DNA of 64,000 bases from Ruminococcus sp. (lineage in GTDB: Bacteria > Bacillota > Clostridia > Oscillospirales > Ruminococcaceae): positions 2,421 through 66,420 of the forward strand of contig JAEELF010000041.1 in the NCBI GenBank assembly GCA_016288815.1. The letters run 5' to 3'. A program made the position numbers and the translations under genes. Of this stretch, positions 18,253 through 26,622 are shown piece by piece (within the stretch, counting starts at the first letter, position 1; the number at the start of each line of letters is the position of its first letter). The notes below the pieces were generated by a model. That model was given only the letters and a program-made list of their open reading frames with translations, made no database searches and was not told the origin of the DNA.

Positions 18253-18266
18253 TAGCTATATTTGCT

Positions 18267-18342
18267 TGGTGGAGCATAGGGGATTCGAACCCCTGACCCC
18301 CACACTGCCAGTGTGATGCGCTCCCAACTGCGCTAATGCCCC
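18267..18342 (-). tRNA. tRNA-Ala(GGC), CCA encoded
   Basis: GGGGCATTAGCGCAGTTGGGAGCGCATCACACTGGCAGTGTGGGGGTCAGGGGTTCGAATCCCCTATGCTCCACCA; 76 nt, anticodon loop CTGGCAG, T-loop TTCGAAT. Confidence 0.97.
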
Positions 18343-18353
18343 GTAATAGATGT

Positions 18354-18382
18354 ATTATACCACACATTCCTCACATTGTCAA
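18354..18382 (-). promoter_or_regulatory. sigmaA promoter of tRNA-Ala
   Basis: TTGACA-17 nt-TATAAT with TG extension on - strand. Confidence 0.88.
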
Positions 18383-18429
18383 GCATTTTTTCCAGATATC
18401 TCCCCCGCAGCAGGTTTTTCCCGAAAGGA

Positions 18430-18458
18430 TTGACACCGCGGGGAGAAAGTTGTATAAT
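18430..18458 (+). promoter_or_regulatory. sigmaA promoter of the zinc-ribbon/solute-binding gene
   Basis: TTGACA(18430-18435)-17 nt-TATAAT(18453-18458). Confidence 0.88.
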
Positions 18459-18515
18459 ATTTGTGTAATTTGCGAGCGTCTGCGGGATTCCGCGGACGGT
18501 AAGGAGGACAAGATA

Positions 18516-20213
18516 ATGAAGTGTTTCAAGTGCGGAAACGAGATCGACAACGACGCCAGATTCTGCCTGCATTGCGGCGCTCAGGTCGCCCAGCCGACCC
18601 AGCCCGTTCAGCAGCCGTCCCAGCCTGCTCAGGCTCCGGTCTACCCCGATAACAACCAGTACATAGACCCCTACGCGGGTGCGCCGATGAGCCAGTTCAA
18701 CGCTGAGCCCGCAAAGAAAAAGAGCCCCTGGAAGGCTATCGCGGCGATAACAGCAGCGCTGGTGCTCCTCGGAGGAGCTGGCGTGGGAGTCGGATATATG
18801 CTGTTCCACGGCGATTCCGACGACTCACCCTCGACCGTCAGCAAGACCGCAAAGGCTGATTCCGAAGACGAGGAGGAAACGGAAAAGGCCTCAAGGACAA
18901 GAAAGCACAAATCCGAGGACGAAGAAGACGAGACCAAGTCCCGCCGCGAAACAACAGAGGCTGAGACCGAGCCCGAGACCGAAGCTGAGACCAACAGCGT
19001 TCCAAGTGTCAACATCGACTCCTCCCTCAGGACAGGCGGAGATACATTCACCGTTGCATCGTGGAACGCAGACGATGTCCCGGCACTCATCGCCCAGTGG
19101 AAGGGCGTTTCCGAGTCCAAGGTGACAAGCGGCACAGTCTCCGGAATAAACTTCGTGAACTTCGGCGTAGGCGGCGGTCAGGCCTCCGAGAAATACGACG
19201 CATGGTTCAACTCCGGCGAAGACCTCGATGTCTACTTCTGCGAGGCTGACTGGGCTTACAAATACATAAACGACGACTCCAAGACCGTTGCCCTCAGCAA
19301 GCTGGGTCTGAACGACTCCGACTTTGCCAACTCATGGGCATACGTTGACAGCATCGGAACTGACGTCTTCGGTGAGAGAAAGGGAGCCTCATGGCAATCT
19401 TGTCCCGGAGCATTCGCTTACCGTACAGACCTCGCCGAACAGTACCTCGGCGTACACTCCCCGTCCGAGATGCAGTCCCTCATCAGTACATGGGACGGCT
19501 TCGTAGCTGCCGGCGTTGACGTTGCGAGCGCTTCCGGCGGAAGTGTCGCACTTGCCGATTCTGTCGGAGGTATGTGGCAGGCATACAGCTGCAGCAACTT
19601 CTTCTCCACATCATCAGCCAAGACCTTTGCCGACTACGCAAAGACTCTATGGGACTGCGGCGGCGTACAGCAGTGCGGACAGTGGACCCCGGAGTGGACA
19701 GCACACGGCTACGACGGCGAGACTATGGGTTACTTCGTAACAACATGGGCGTTCGGCGGATACTTTGCGGACGCATCGAGCAACAGCTACGGCAACTGGG
19801 GACTTTGTGAGGGACCCGAGCCCTTCTTCTGGGGCGGCACATGGATGGTGGTAAATCCCAATACCGACAACGCCGAGGAAGCACGCGACTTCATCTATAC
19901 CTCCTGCTGCAGCGAAGACTACATGGAGAGCTATGCCCTCTCCAAGCCTGAGTTCGTGAACAACTCGGTCGCTATGTACAACATCAAGGATCAGACCAGC
20001 AACTTTGACTCATTCGTCATCAACAACTTCGGCGGTCAGGCTATCTATTCCACGCTCTACACCACCGCGAGCGGTCTGGGCATATACGAGAACACCCCCG
20101 ATGTAGTCTCCGAAAGGAGCGCTATGCTCGACGCCATAACCGAGTATTACCTCAGATACGGCTACAGCTGGGACGAAGCCCTCGACTACTACTACGACGC
20201 GATCTCATGGTGA
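18516..20213 (+). CDS. zinc-ribbon + TM + acidic linker + family-1 solute-binding-like domain
   Basis: Start ATG 18516 (AAGGAGG); CFKC..FCLHC; one TM; C-terminal SBP-like motifs (YFCEADW, PGAFAYRTDLAEQYLG, FFWGGTW). Confidence 0.8.
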   Translation: MKCFKCGNEIDNDARFCLHCGAQVAQPTQPVQQPSQPAQAPVYPDNNQYIDPYAGAPMSQFNAEPAKKKSPWKAIAAITAALVLLGGAGVGVGYMLFHGDSDDSPSTVSKTAKADSEDEEETEKASRTRKHKSEDEEDETKSRRETTEAETEPETEAETNSVPSVNIDSSLRTGGDTFTVASWNADDVPALIAQWKGVSESKVTSGTVSGINFVNFGVGGGQASEKYDAWFNSGEDLDVYFCEADWAYKYINDDSKTVALSKLGLNDSDFANSWAYVDSIGTDVFGERKGASWQSCPGAFAYRTDLAEQYLGVHSPSEMQSLISTWDGFVAAGVDVASASGGSVALADSVGGMWQAYSCSNFFSTSSAKTFADYAKTLWDCGGVQQCGQWTPEWTAHGYDGETMGYFVTTWAFGGYFADASSNSYGNWGLCEGPEPFFWGGTWMVVNPNTDNAEEARDFIYTSCCSEDYMESYALSKPEFVNNSVAMYNIKDQTSNFDSFVINNFGGQAIYSTLYTTASGLGIYENTPDVVSERSAMLDAITEYYLRYGYSWDEALDYYYDAISW

Positions 20214-20217
20214 CGCT

Positions 20218-20874
20218 ATGAACAGAACAATTTCAGTAAAGGGCGAGGGACGGCTCTCCGCTGCGCCCGACCTCGTGACCCTTTCCCTGACCGTCAGCGT
20301 CCTCGACAAGGACTACGCCGCGGCTTCCGACAAGACAGCTGCGCAGACTGATTCCCTGAAAAGCGCTCTGCTCAAAGCCGGTCTCGGCGCAGGTGCACTC
20401 AAAACTGCTGCATACCGCGTGAATACCGAGTATGAGAGCGAGTACGTCGATAACAGGTACATCAATAAGTTCGCAGGATACCGCTGTACGCACAGTCTTA
20501 CCGCTGAGTTCGCGCTCGACATGAAGCTGCTGAACGCAGTGCTGACGGCAGTTGCAGGCAGCGGCGCAGAGCCCGAGATATCGGTTAGCTTCTCGGTCAG
20601 TGAACCAGAATCCCTGCAAAGTGAGCTCCTTGCGCGGGCAGCCGTTGACGCACGCACGAAGGCTAAGGCGCTGTGTGCAGCGTCGGGAGCGGAGCTCGGG
20701 GAGATCGTGCGGATAAACTGCGGAGCCGTTCCCCCGGTCATGACCTCGAACACCGAATACGCGATGTCGCGTGACTGCCTGAAAGCAGTCGGCGCTGCCC
20801 CGCGCGCCGCGGACATCGACCCTGCCGACATAGACCTCCGCGCGGAGGCTGTGTTCGTCTGGGAGATAAAATAG
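20218..20874 (+). CDS. SIMPL (DUF541) domain protein
   Basis: ISVKGEG...APDL..LSL, A..DAR.KA..L..ASG..LG.I.RI, A.V..VWEI. Confidence 0.88.
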   Translation: MNRTISVKGEGRLSAAPDLVTLSLTVSVLDKDYAAASDKTAAQTDSLKSALLKAGLGAGALKTAAYRVNTEYESEYVDNRYINKFAGYRCTHSLTAEFALDMKLLNAVLTAVAGSGAEPEISVSFSVSEPESLQSELLARAAVDARTKAKALCAASGAELGEIVRINCGAVPPVMTSNTEYAMSRDCLKAVGAAPRAADIDPADIDLRAEAVFVWEIK

Positions 20875-20909
20875 CTTTAATTGGGACAAATAGTCCCGGA
20901 AATTATCTA

Positions 20910-20997
20910 AAGGAGAATTTGTTTGAAAAATACTTGTAAAATGGAGATAGCAGCGTAAACGGGAAGGTTTGCGAATACTATCACACAAGCCTCCCGT
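20910..20997 (+). promoter_or_regulatory. candidate leader-peptide attenuator (11-codon uORF plus hairpin)
   Basis: AAGGAG RBS, TTG start 20923, MKNTCKMEIAA stop 20958, then 12-bp hairpin 20959-20997. Confidence 0.45.
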
Positions 20998-21028
20998 CGT
21001 CCGGTCAATGATCTCAGGAGGAAAAACA

Positions 21029-21685
21029 ATGAATAATAACGACCTTATCATACGCAATGAAAACGAAAACGACTACCGCGCAGTGGAGGAGCTCAACCGC
21101 GAAGCATTCTGGAACCTCAGCGTCCCGGGGTGCAGCGAGCACCTCTTCGCGCACGTCCTCAGAACGCACGAAGCCTTCGTCCCGGAGCTCGACTACGTCG
21201 CCGAGATCGGCGGGAAGATAGTCGGGAGCGTGATGTACTCGCGCTCGAAGCTCATCGACGAAAACGGCACGGAAAAGACCGTCCTCACAATGGGTCCGAT
21301 ATGCGTGCTGCCGGGCTTCCAGCGCCGAGGGATAAGCCGTAAGCTGCTCGAGCTGACATTTGAAAAAGCAATACAGCTCGGCTACGACACCGTAGTGAAT
21401 TTCGGCAACCCCGACAACTACGTTGCCCGCGGCTACAAGAGCTGCAAGAAGTACAGCGTCTCGCTCGAGGGCGGGTTATTCCCGTGCGCACTGCTCGTAA
21501 AGGAACTCAAAGAGGGCGCACTCGCAGGACATACATGGACGTACTTCCAGAACGACGCTGACAGTATCTGCGCGGACGAGGAAGCAGTCGAGCGATTCGA
21601 CGCACAGTTCCCGCCGAAGGTCAAGGCATGGCAGCCGAGCCAGGAGGAATTCTACATCCACAGCCACTCCACGATAACGTGGTAA
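21029..21685 (+). CDS. GNAT N-acetyltransferase (YhbS-like)
   Basis: Start ATG 21029 (AGGAGG); GPICVLPGFQRRGI..KLL, FGNPDNY...GY. Confidence 0.88.
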   Translation: MNNNDLIIRNENENDYRAVEELNREAFWNLSVPGCSEHLFAHVLRTHEAFVPELDYVAEIGGKIVGSVMYSRSKLIDENGTEKTVLTMGPICVLPGFQRRGISRKLLELTFEKAIQLGYDTVVNFGNPDNYVARGYKSCKKYSVSLEGGLFPCALLVKELKEGALAGHTWTYFQNDADSICADEEAVERFDAQFPPKVKAWQPSQEEFYIHSHSTITW

Positions 21686-21701
21686 GCAAAACAAAATAAA
21701 G

Positions 21702-21728
21702 AAAAGGCAGGGACTTCCCTGCCTTTTT
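21702..21728. terminator. bidirectional terminator
   Basis: AAAAGGCAGGG-ACTT-CCCTGCCTTTT. Confidence 0.85.
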
Positions 21729-21730
21729 CG

Positions 21731-22813
21731 TTATATCAGCTTTCTCTCATCGCAGAACTCGCATTCGAGGAGGGTCTGATCGCCGCTCGAGCGGAAGCTC
21801 TTGGGGAGGTACTCCTCGTGGTTGGTAATGCAGCGCGGGTTCCCGCAGCACACTCCCCCGTAGACCTTCCCCTTGAGGAGCTCGGTCTGCTTATTCTCGG
21901 AGAGCATGGTCATTATCAGCGCCATACGCACGAACACGCCGTATTTCGCCTGCGTGAAGTACATCGCCCGCTCATCGTCGTCCACGTCAACAGTTATCTC
22001 GTCCACTCTCGGGAGCGGGTGCATGACGATCATGTCCTTCTTCGCGCTGAGCATCTTCGCCCTGTCGAGGACGTAAGTATTCTTCTGCGCGAGGTAGTCC
22101 TCCTCACTCGCGAAGCGCTCCTGCTGGATACGGGTCATGTAGAGGACATCGAGCCTGCCTATCGCCTCCTCGAGGGTATCGACCTCCTCGAAGGAGCTGC
22201 CGTTCGCCTTGATGATGTCCTTTATGTACGCGGGCATTCTCAGCTCGGGAGTGGAGATGAAGACGAACTTATTGCCGTCGAGCATACTCAGCGCCTTGCA
22301 GAGCGAATGAACCGTCCTGCCGTTTATGAGATCGCCGCACATACCGATAGTCAGACCGGAGAGCTTCTTCTTTTCAATTTTCAGCGTGAGCAGATCGGTG
22401 AGGGTCTGCGTGGGGTGGAGGTGTCCGCCGTCTCCGGCATTTATGACCGGGCAGTCAGCCGTCAGCGCGGCAGCCTTTGCAGCGCCCGCGACGGGGTGGC
22501 GTATCACAAGGATATCCGAATAGCTGCTGACTATCTTGGTGGTGTCCTTGATCGTCTCGCCCTTCGCGACGGAAGAATTCGCGGGGTTGTCAAAGCCGAT
22601 TATCTGTCCGCCAAGGCGTATCATCGCGGTCTGGAAGGACATCTGCGTGCGGGTGGACGGCTCATAGAAGAGCGTTGCCATTATCTTGCCGTCGCACTCG
22701 TGAGCGAACGCCGCGGGGTCGTTCTTGATCTTCTCGCCGAGCTCCACGACTTTCTTCCACCACGCAACTGGATAGTCGTTCAGGTCAATAAGGTGCGGAA
22801 AGGATGAATTCAT
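21731..22813 (-). CDS. pyrB: aspartate carbamoyltransferase with fused C-terminal PyrI-type zinc domain
   Basis: FYEPSTRT, HPTQTLTD, TRIQQERF, MHPLPR; tail CGNPRCITN...CEFCD. Confidence 0.93.
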   Translation of the reverse strand: MNSSFPHLIDLNDYPVAWWKKVVELGEKIKNDPAAFAHECDGKIMATLFYEPSTRTQMSFQTAMIRLGGQIIGFDNPANSSVAKGETIKDTTKIVSSYSDILVIRHPVAGAAKAAALTADCPVINAGDGGHLHPTQTLTDLLTLKIEKKKLSGLTIGMCGDLINGRTVHSLCKALSMLDGNKFVFISTPELRMPAYIKDIIKANGSSFEEVDTLEEAIGRLDVLYMTRIQQERFASEEDYLAQKNTYVLDRAKMLSAKKDMIVMHPLPRVDEITVDVDDDERAMYFTQAKYGVFVRMALIMTMLSENKQTELLKGKVYGGVCCGNPRCITNHEEYLPKSFRSSGDQTLLECEFCDERKLI

Positions 22814-22826
22814 ATTTATACCTCCG

Positions 22827-23495
22827 TTAGAGTATTTTACTGTCGTTTGCTATCAGCTCGAACTTTGTCCCAAGGAACTGCGAAGCCCTGCGGCACATGA
22901 GCATACGGTCCATGAAGATCTCGAAGTACTCGAGCACCGAAGATATCTCCGTGTCGATCTTGAGTTCAAGGATTATCGAGGACTTATCCCCGCTCACAGT
23001 CACCGCCGAATGCTCAACGGCGTAGTTCACGCGGTCGTGGATATCGAACGTGAGGAAGTCCGTATTGCGGACCCTGCTGCGGCGGACGTCTGTCTTGTCG
23101 CCGATTATCATAGCCGCCGAGATAGCGTCGAGCGGCTGACCGGTACCCTCGTCGTGGTTGCCGATAGCGGAGATTATGGAGCATATCTCATTTGCGGGCA
23201 TACTGAGGTTGTCGAGCAGACGGAACGCCATAACGGCGCCACTCTGCGCGTGGTCTATGCGGTTGATGACGTTCCCGATGTCGTGCATTATCGAGGCTAT
23301 CCGCGCGAGCTCCACAGTTCGCTCGTCGTAGCCGAGCTCAGTGAGTATCATGCTGGACGTCGCCGCGACCCTCTCAACGTGCGCGAAGGAGTGCTCGGTG
23401 TAGCCGAGAGCCTCAAGGGCGCTGTCTGCACGTCTGATATACTCCATTATGTCGGGATTCTGCTTAATGTACTTATACGTTACTATACTTGCCAT
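22827..23495 (-). CDS. HD-superfamily phosphohydrolase (COG3294-like)
   Basis: H...HV.RV, MHDIGN, GNHDE, DK.DV.RSRVR, DIHDRVNYAV. Confidence 0.85.
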   Translation of the reverse strand: MASIVTYKYIKQNPDIMEYIRRADSALEALGYTEHSFAHVERVAATSSMILTELGYDERTVELARIASIMHDIGNVINRIDHAQSGAVMAFRLLDNLSMPANEICSIISAIGNHDEGTGQPLDAISAAMIIGDKTDVRRSRVRNTDFLTFDIHDRVNYAVEHSAVTVSGDKSSIILELKIDTEISSVLEYFEIFMDRMLMCRRASQFLGTKFELIANDSKIL

Positions 23496-23496
23496 A

Positions 23497-25368
23497 TCAA
23501 TACTTTCCGTTATTCTCGAAGTAGACCTTATACCAGATGAGGAAGGTGAAGACAGTCCAGATACGGCGGCTGTTGTCAGCCTTGCCGTCGCGGTGGTCGT
23601 CGAGGAGCCTGATGAGCGGGGCTGTGTTGAAGAGCTGCTTGGAGCTCTCGCTCTCGAACGCCTCCCGCACTATGCTGTAGTATTTCTCCTCCTTGAGCCA
23701 TACCCTGATAGGCACAGGGAAGCCGAGCTTCTTCTTGGCTGCGGTCTTGGCGGTCTGCTTGGGGGTGTCCTTGCGGGCAGCGAGGCGCATCGCGTACTTG
23801 GTGATGTACTTGGTCTCGTCGGTGCCCTTGTCGTGTGTTACGCGGTACTTCGTAGGTATCTTCTCGGCGAGCGCCATGACCTCCTTGTCGAGGAAGGGCA
23901 CGCGCAGCTCGAGGGAATTCGCCATGCTCATCTTGTCAGCTTTGAGGAGAATATCCCCCGCCATCCAGAGATGAAGATCGAGGTACTGCATTTTCGTGAC
24001 GTCGTCCTGACCCTTCACCTTGTCGAAGAAGGGCTTTGTGATGACAGTCGGGTCGGGAGCGTCGGTCTTTATTTTAAGGAGCGACTTGCGCTGCTCGGGA
24101 GTGAACATATACGCATTGCCGATGAAGCGCTCCTCGACGTCGCGGCCCTTGCGCACTAAGAAGTTGACGCCGCGCTTTGCGGGGAGCTTCGCCGCAACAG
24201 CTCCGATACCGCGCTTTATCGCACGCGGGAGCTTGTCGTAGAGGGTGCCGTCGGGGTCGCTGTAGACGTTGTACCCGCCGAAGATCTCATCAGCACCCTC
24301 GCCGGAGAGCACTACCTTCAGCTTCTCGGACGCGATATTGCACACGAAGTACAGCGCGACAGCCGAGGGGTCCGCGAGGGGTTCGTCCATATGGTACTGT
24401 ATCATGGAAAGGCTGCTCCAGTATTCCTCCGGCGTGATGACCTTGCTTGTGTTTTCCTTGCCGATAGCCTTGGAGAAGTTCTTCGCCCAGCCTATCTCGT
24501 TGTAACGCTCATCGGAGCCGAACCCGACGGTAAACGTCTTGTCAACGTCCGCGATAGCCGCAACGTAGCTTGAATCCACGCCGCTCGACAGGAAGGAGCC
24601 CACCTCCACGTCCGCGATCTTGTGCGCCTCAACTGAGTTGTGGAAGGTATCGGAGATACGGCTTACCCACTCGTCGAGGGAGGGCTTGCCATCCGCGTCG
24701 AAGTGAACGTCCCAGTAGCGCTTCATCTCGAGCTTGCCGTCCTTCACGCGGAAGTAGTGCGCAGGCGGAAGCTTATAGACGTTCTTGAAAAAAGTCTCGT
24801 TCGTGGGCGAGTACTGGAATGTGAGGTAGTTCTCGAGAGCAGCAGTGTTGAGCTCCTTTCTGAAGTCCGGGTGCTCGAGGAAAGCCTTTATCTCGGAGCC
24901 GAACATGAAGGTCTCGCCCATCTGCGCGTAGTACATGGGTTTGATGCCGAAGAAGTCACGCGCACCGAACAGCTCACGCTTGTTCTTGTCCCAGATGACG
25001 AACGCGAACATTCCGCGGAGCATATTGAGCAGCTTCTCGCCGTACTCCGCGTATCCGTGGATAAGGACCTCAGTGTCGGTCTTCGTGCGGAACTTATACC
25101 CCGCCGCGATGAGCCGCTCACGGATATCCTGATAGTTGTAGATCTCGCCGTTGAAGACGATGACGAGCGAGCCGTCCTCGCTGAAAATAGGCTGGTCGCC
25201 CTGCGACGAGACGTCGATTATGCTGAGCCTGCGGTGTCCGAGCGCGATGTCGTCGTCAACGTACTTTCCCGAAGCGTCGGGACCTCTGTGGCGGATACGG
25301 TCCATCATCTTCCCGATGACGGCATCGGCGCCGCTGATATGGTTGGTAAAACCGACTATTCCACACAT
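23497..25368 (-). CDS. asnB: asparagine synthase (glutamine-hydrolysing)
   Basis: MCGI, HRGPD, LGHRRLSIID, FNGEIYN, LSSGVDSS, LSGEGADEIFGGY, ELRVPFLD. Confidence 0.96.
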   Translation of the reverse strand: MCGIVGFTNHISGADAVIGKMMDRIRHRGPDASGKYVDDDIALGHRRLSIIDVSSQGDQPIFSEDGSLVIVFNGEIYNYQDIRERLIAAGYKFRTKTDTEVLIHGYAEYGEKLLNMLRGMFAFVIWDKNKRELFGARDFFGIKPMYYAQMGETFMFGSEIKAFLEHPDFRKELNTAALENYLTFQYSPTNETFFKNVYKLPPAHYFRVKDGKLEMKRYWDVHFDADGKPSLDEWVSRISDTFHNSVEAHKIADVEVGSFLSSGVDSSYVAAIADVDKTFTVGFGSDERYNEIGWAKNFSKAIGKENTSKVITPEEYWSSLSMIQYHMDEPLADPSAVALYFVCNIASEKLKVVLSGEGADEIFGGYNVYSDPDGTLYDKLPRAIKRGIGAVAAKLPAKRGVNFLVRKGRDVEERFIGNAYMFTPEQRKSLLKIKTDAPDPTVITKPFFDKVKGQDDVTKMQYLDLHLWMAGDILLKADKMSMANSLELRVPFLDKEVMALAEKIPTKYRVTHDKGTDETKYITKYAMRLAARKDTPKQTAKTAAKKKLGFPVPIRVWLKEEKYYSIVREAFESESSKQLFNTAPLIRLLDDHRDGKADNSRRIWTVFTFLIWYKVYFENNGKY

Positions 25369-25505
25369 AAGAATGCTGCCTCCTATTATTTCTTCTGATT
25401 TATTATACTACATTTGCTGCTCATTTGCAACAGAAAGTTATCAGAAAATTCATATTTGCAGATTTTTTTTCAGACATTTTTAAGGAAAGGCTGTTATCAT
25501 ATAGT

Positions 25506-25593
25506 CATGGAAGGCGGAAAAGCCTCCTGTTCATAGAGATTTACCCTCCCCTCTCTCATAAAGCCCGTCCGAAGTGCATCGGACGGGTACTTT
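25506..25593 (+). ncRNA. candidate ~90-nt sRNA
   Basis: TGn-TATCAT -10 at 25492-25500, 5' hairpin AGGC/GCCT, C-rich ACCCTCCCCTCTCTC, 9-bp terminator stem CCCGTCCGA/TCGGACGGG. Confidence 0.4.
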
Positions 25594-25756
25594 ACTGCGT
25601 CAACACTCAACAACAGGTTGATTTTTCTAAAGAAACAATTGCTTGAACTCAACTGTAAGATGTGTTATAATGTATTTGCAAACAAGAGGGACAATTGTCC
25701 GGAGTTGCCCCTCCAAAATTCAACCCGACATTTTCATCAGGGAGGACGCTCTCAAA

Positions 25757-26620
25757 ATGAAGTTGAAATTCAGTGAAAACCTCTCCCGATTCCGCAGGGA
25801 GAAGGGTCTGACCCAGAGCCAGCTCGCCTCACAGTTGTCCGTAACACCGCAGGCAGTCTCCAAATGGGAGAAGGGCAGCTACCCCGACAGTGAGCTGCTG
25901 CCCGAGATATCGCGGATCCTCGGTGTTTCACTCGACGTTCTGTTCGGGCTGCGCGACGAGGACCCCACGGCTGACCTCACCCACGCGCTGCTCGACGGTC
26001 TCCGCCAGCTCCCCGACGACGAAAAGGGAAAGCTCGCAATGGAGCTCTTCTACGCAGCGATATGCGCGTACAACCCCAATACCTCGCCGGAAACGGCAGT
26101 CCTGCCGGAGTCCTTCAAGCGCGAGACCTTCGCCCACCTGCGCACCGACCATGAGCTCGCGATCGCGCGGCTCAACCCCGATATGCAGTACTGCTGCTTC
26201 TTCCGCATACCGGAGGACGGCATAAACAGCTACGTCCGCATACAGGAGCGCTCCCTTGAGCTGTTCAGGCTGCTCTCCGAGGAGGACGCAGTGCGTATCA
26301 TCGGCTACGCAGAGACGCTCGGGCGGAACTACATACTCACCAAGGACTGCATAGCCCGTGAGCTCGATATCCCCTACGACAGGGTCTCGGACATCGTAGA
26401 CCGCTTCGACAGGCTCGGTATCATGTGGAAGCTGACCGCCAATACCGGCGGCGAACCCTTCCCGATATTCGGTTATGTCCACAATATCCCCCTCGTCGGT
26501 ATCCTCACCCTTGGTGAATCGCTCGTGAACTACATCGCGTGCCGTGAGCCGGACATCGACGTATGGGAACGTCCGCCATTCAGAAACAATAATGTATCAC
26601 AGGAAACACAGGAGGAATAA
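25757..26620 (+). CDS. XRE-family HTH regulator with long C-terminal domain
   Basis: Start ATG 25757 (GGGAGG); LTQSQLASQLSVTPQAVSKWEKG.YPD; promoter TTGAAC-17-TATAAT at 25643-25671. Confidence 0.9.
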   Translation: MKLKFSENLSRFRREKGLTQSQLASQLSVTPQAVSKWEKGSYPDSELLPEISRILGVSLDVLFGLRDEDPTADLTHALLDGLRQLPDDEKGKLAMELFYAAICAYNPNTSPETAVLPESFKRETFAHLRTDHELAIARLNPDMQYCCFFRIPEDGINSYVRIQERSLELFRLLSEEDAVRIIGYAETLGRNYILTKDCIARELDIPYDRVSDIVDRFDRLGIMWKLTANTGGEPFPIFGYVHNIPLVGILTLGESLVNYIACREPDIDVWERPPFRNNNVSQETQEE

Positions 26621-26622
26621 CA

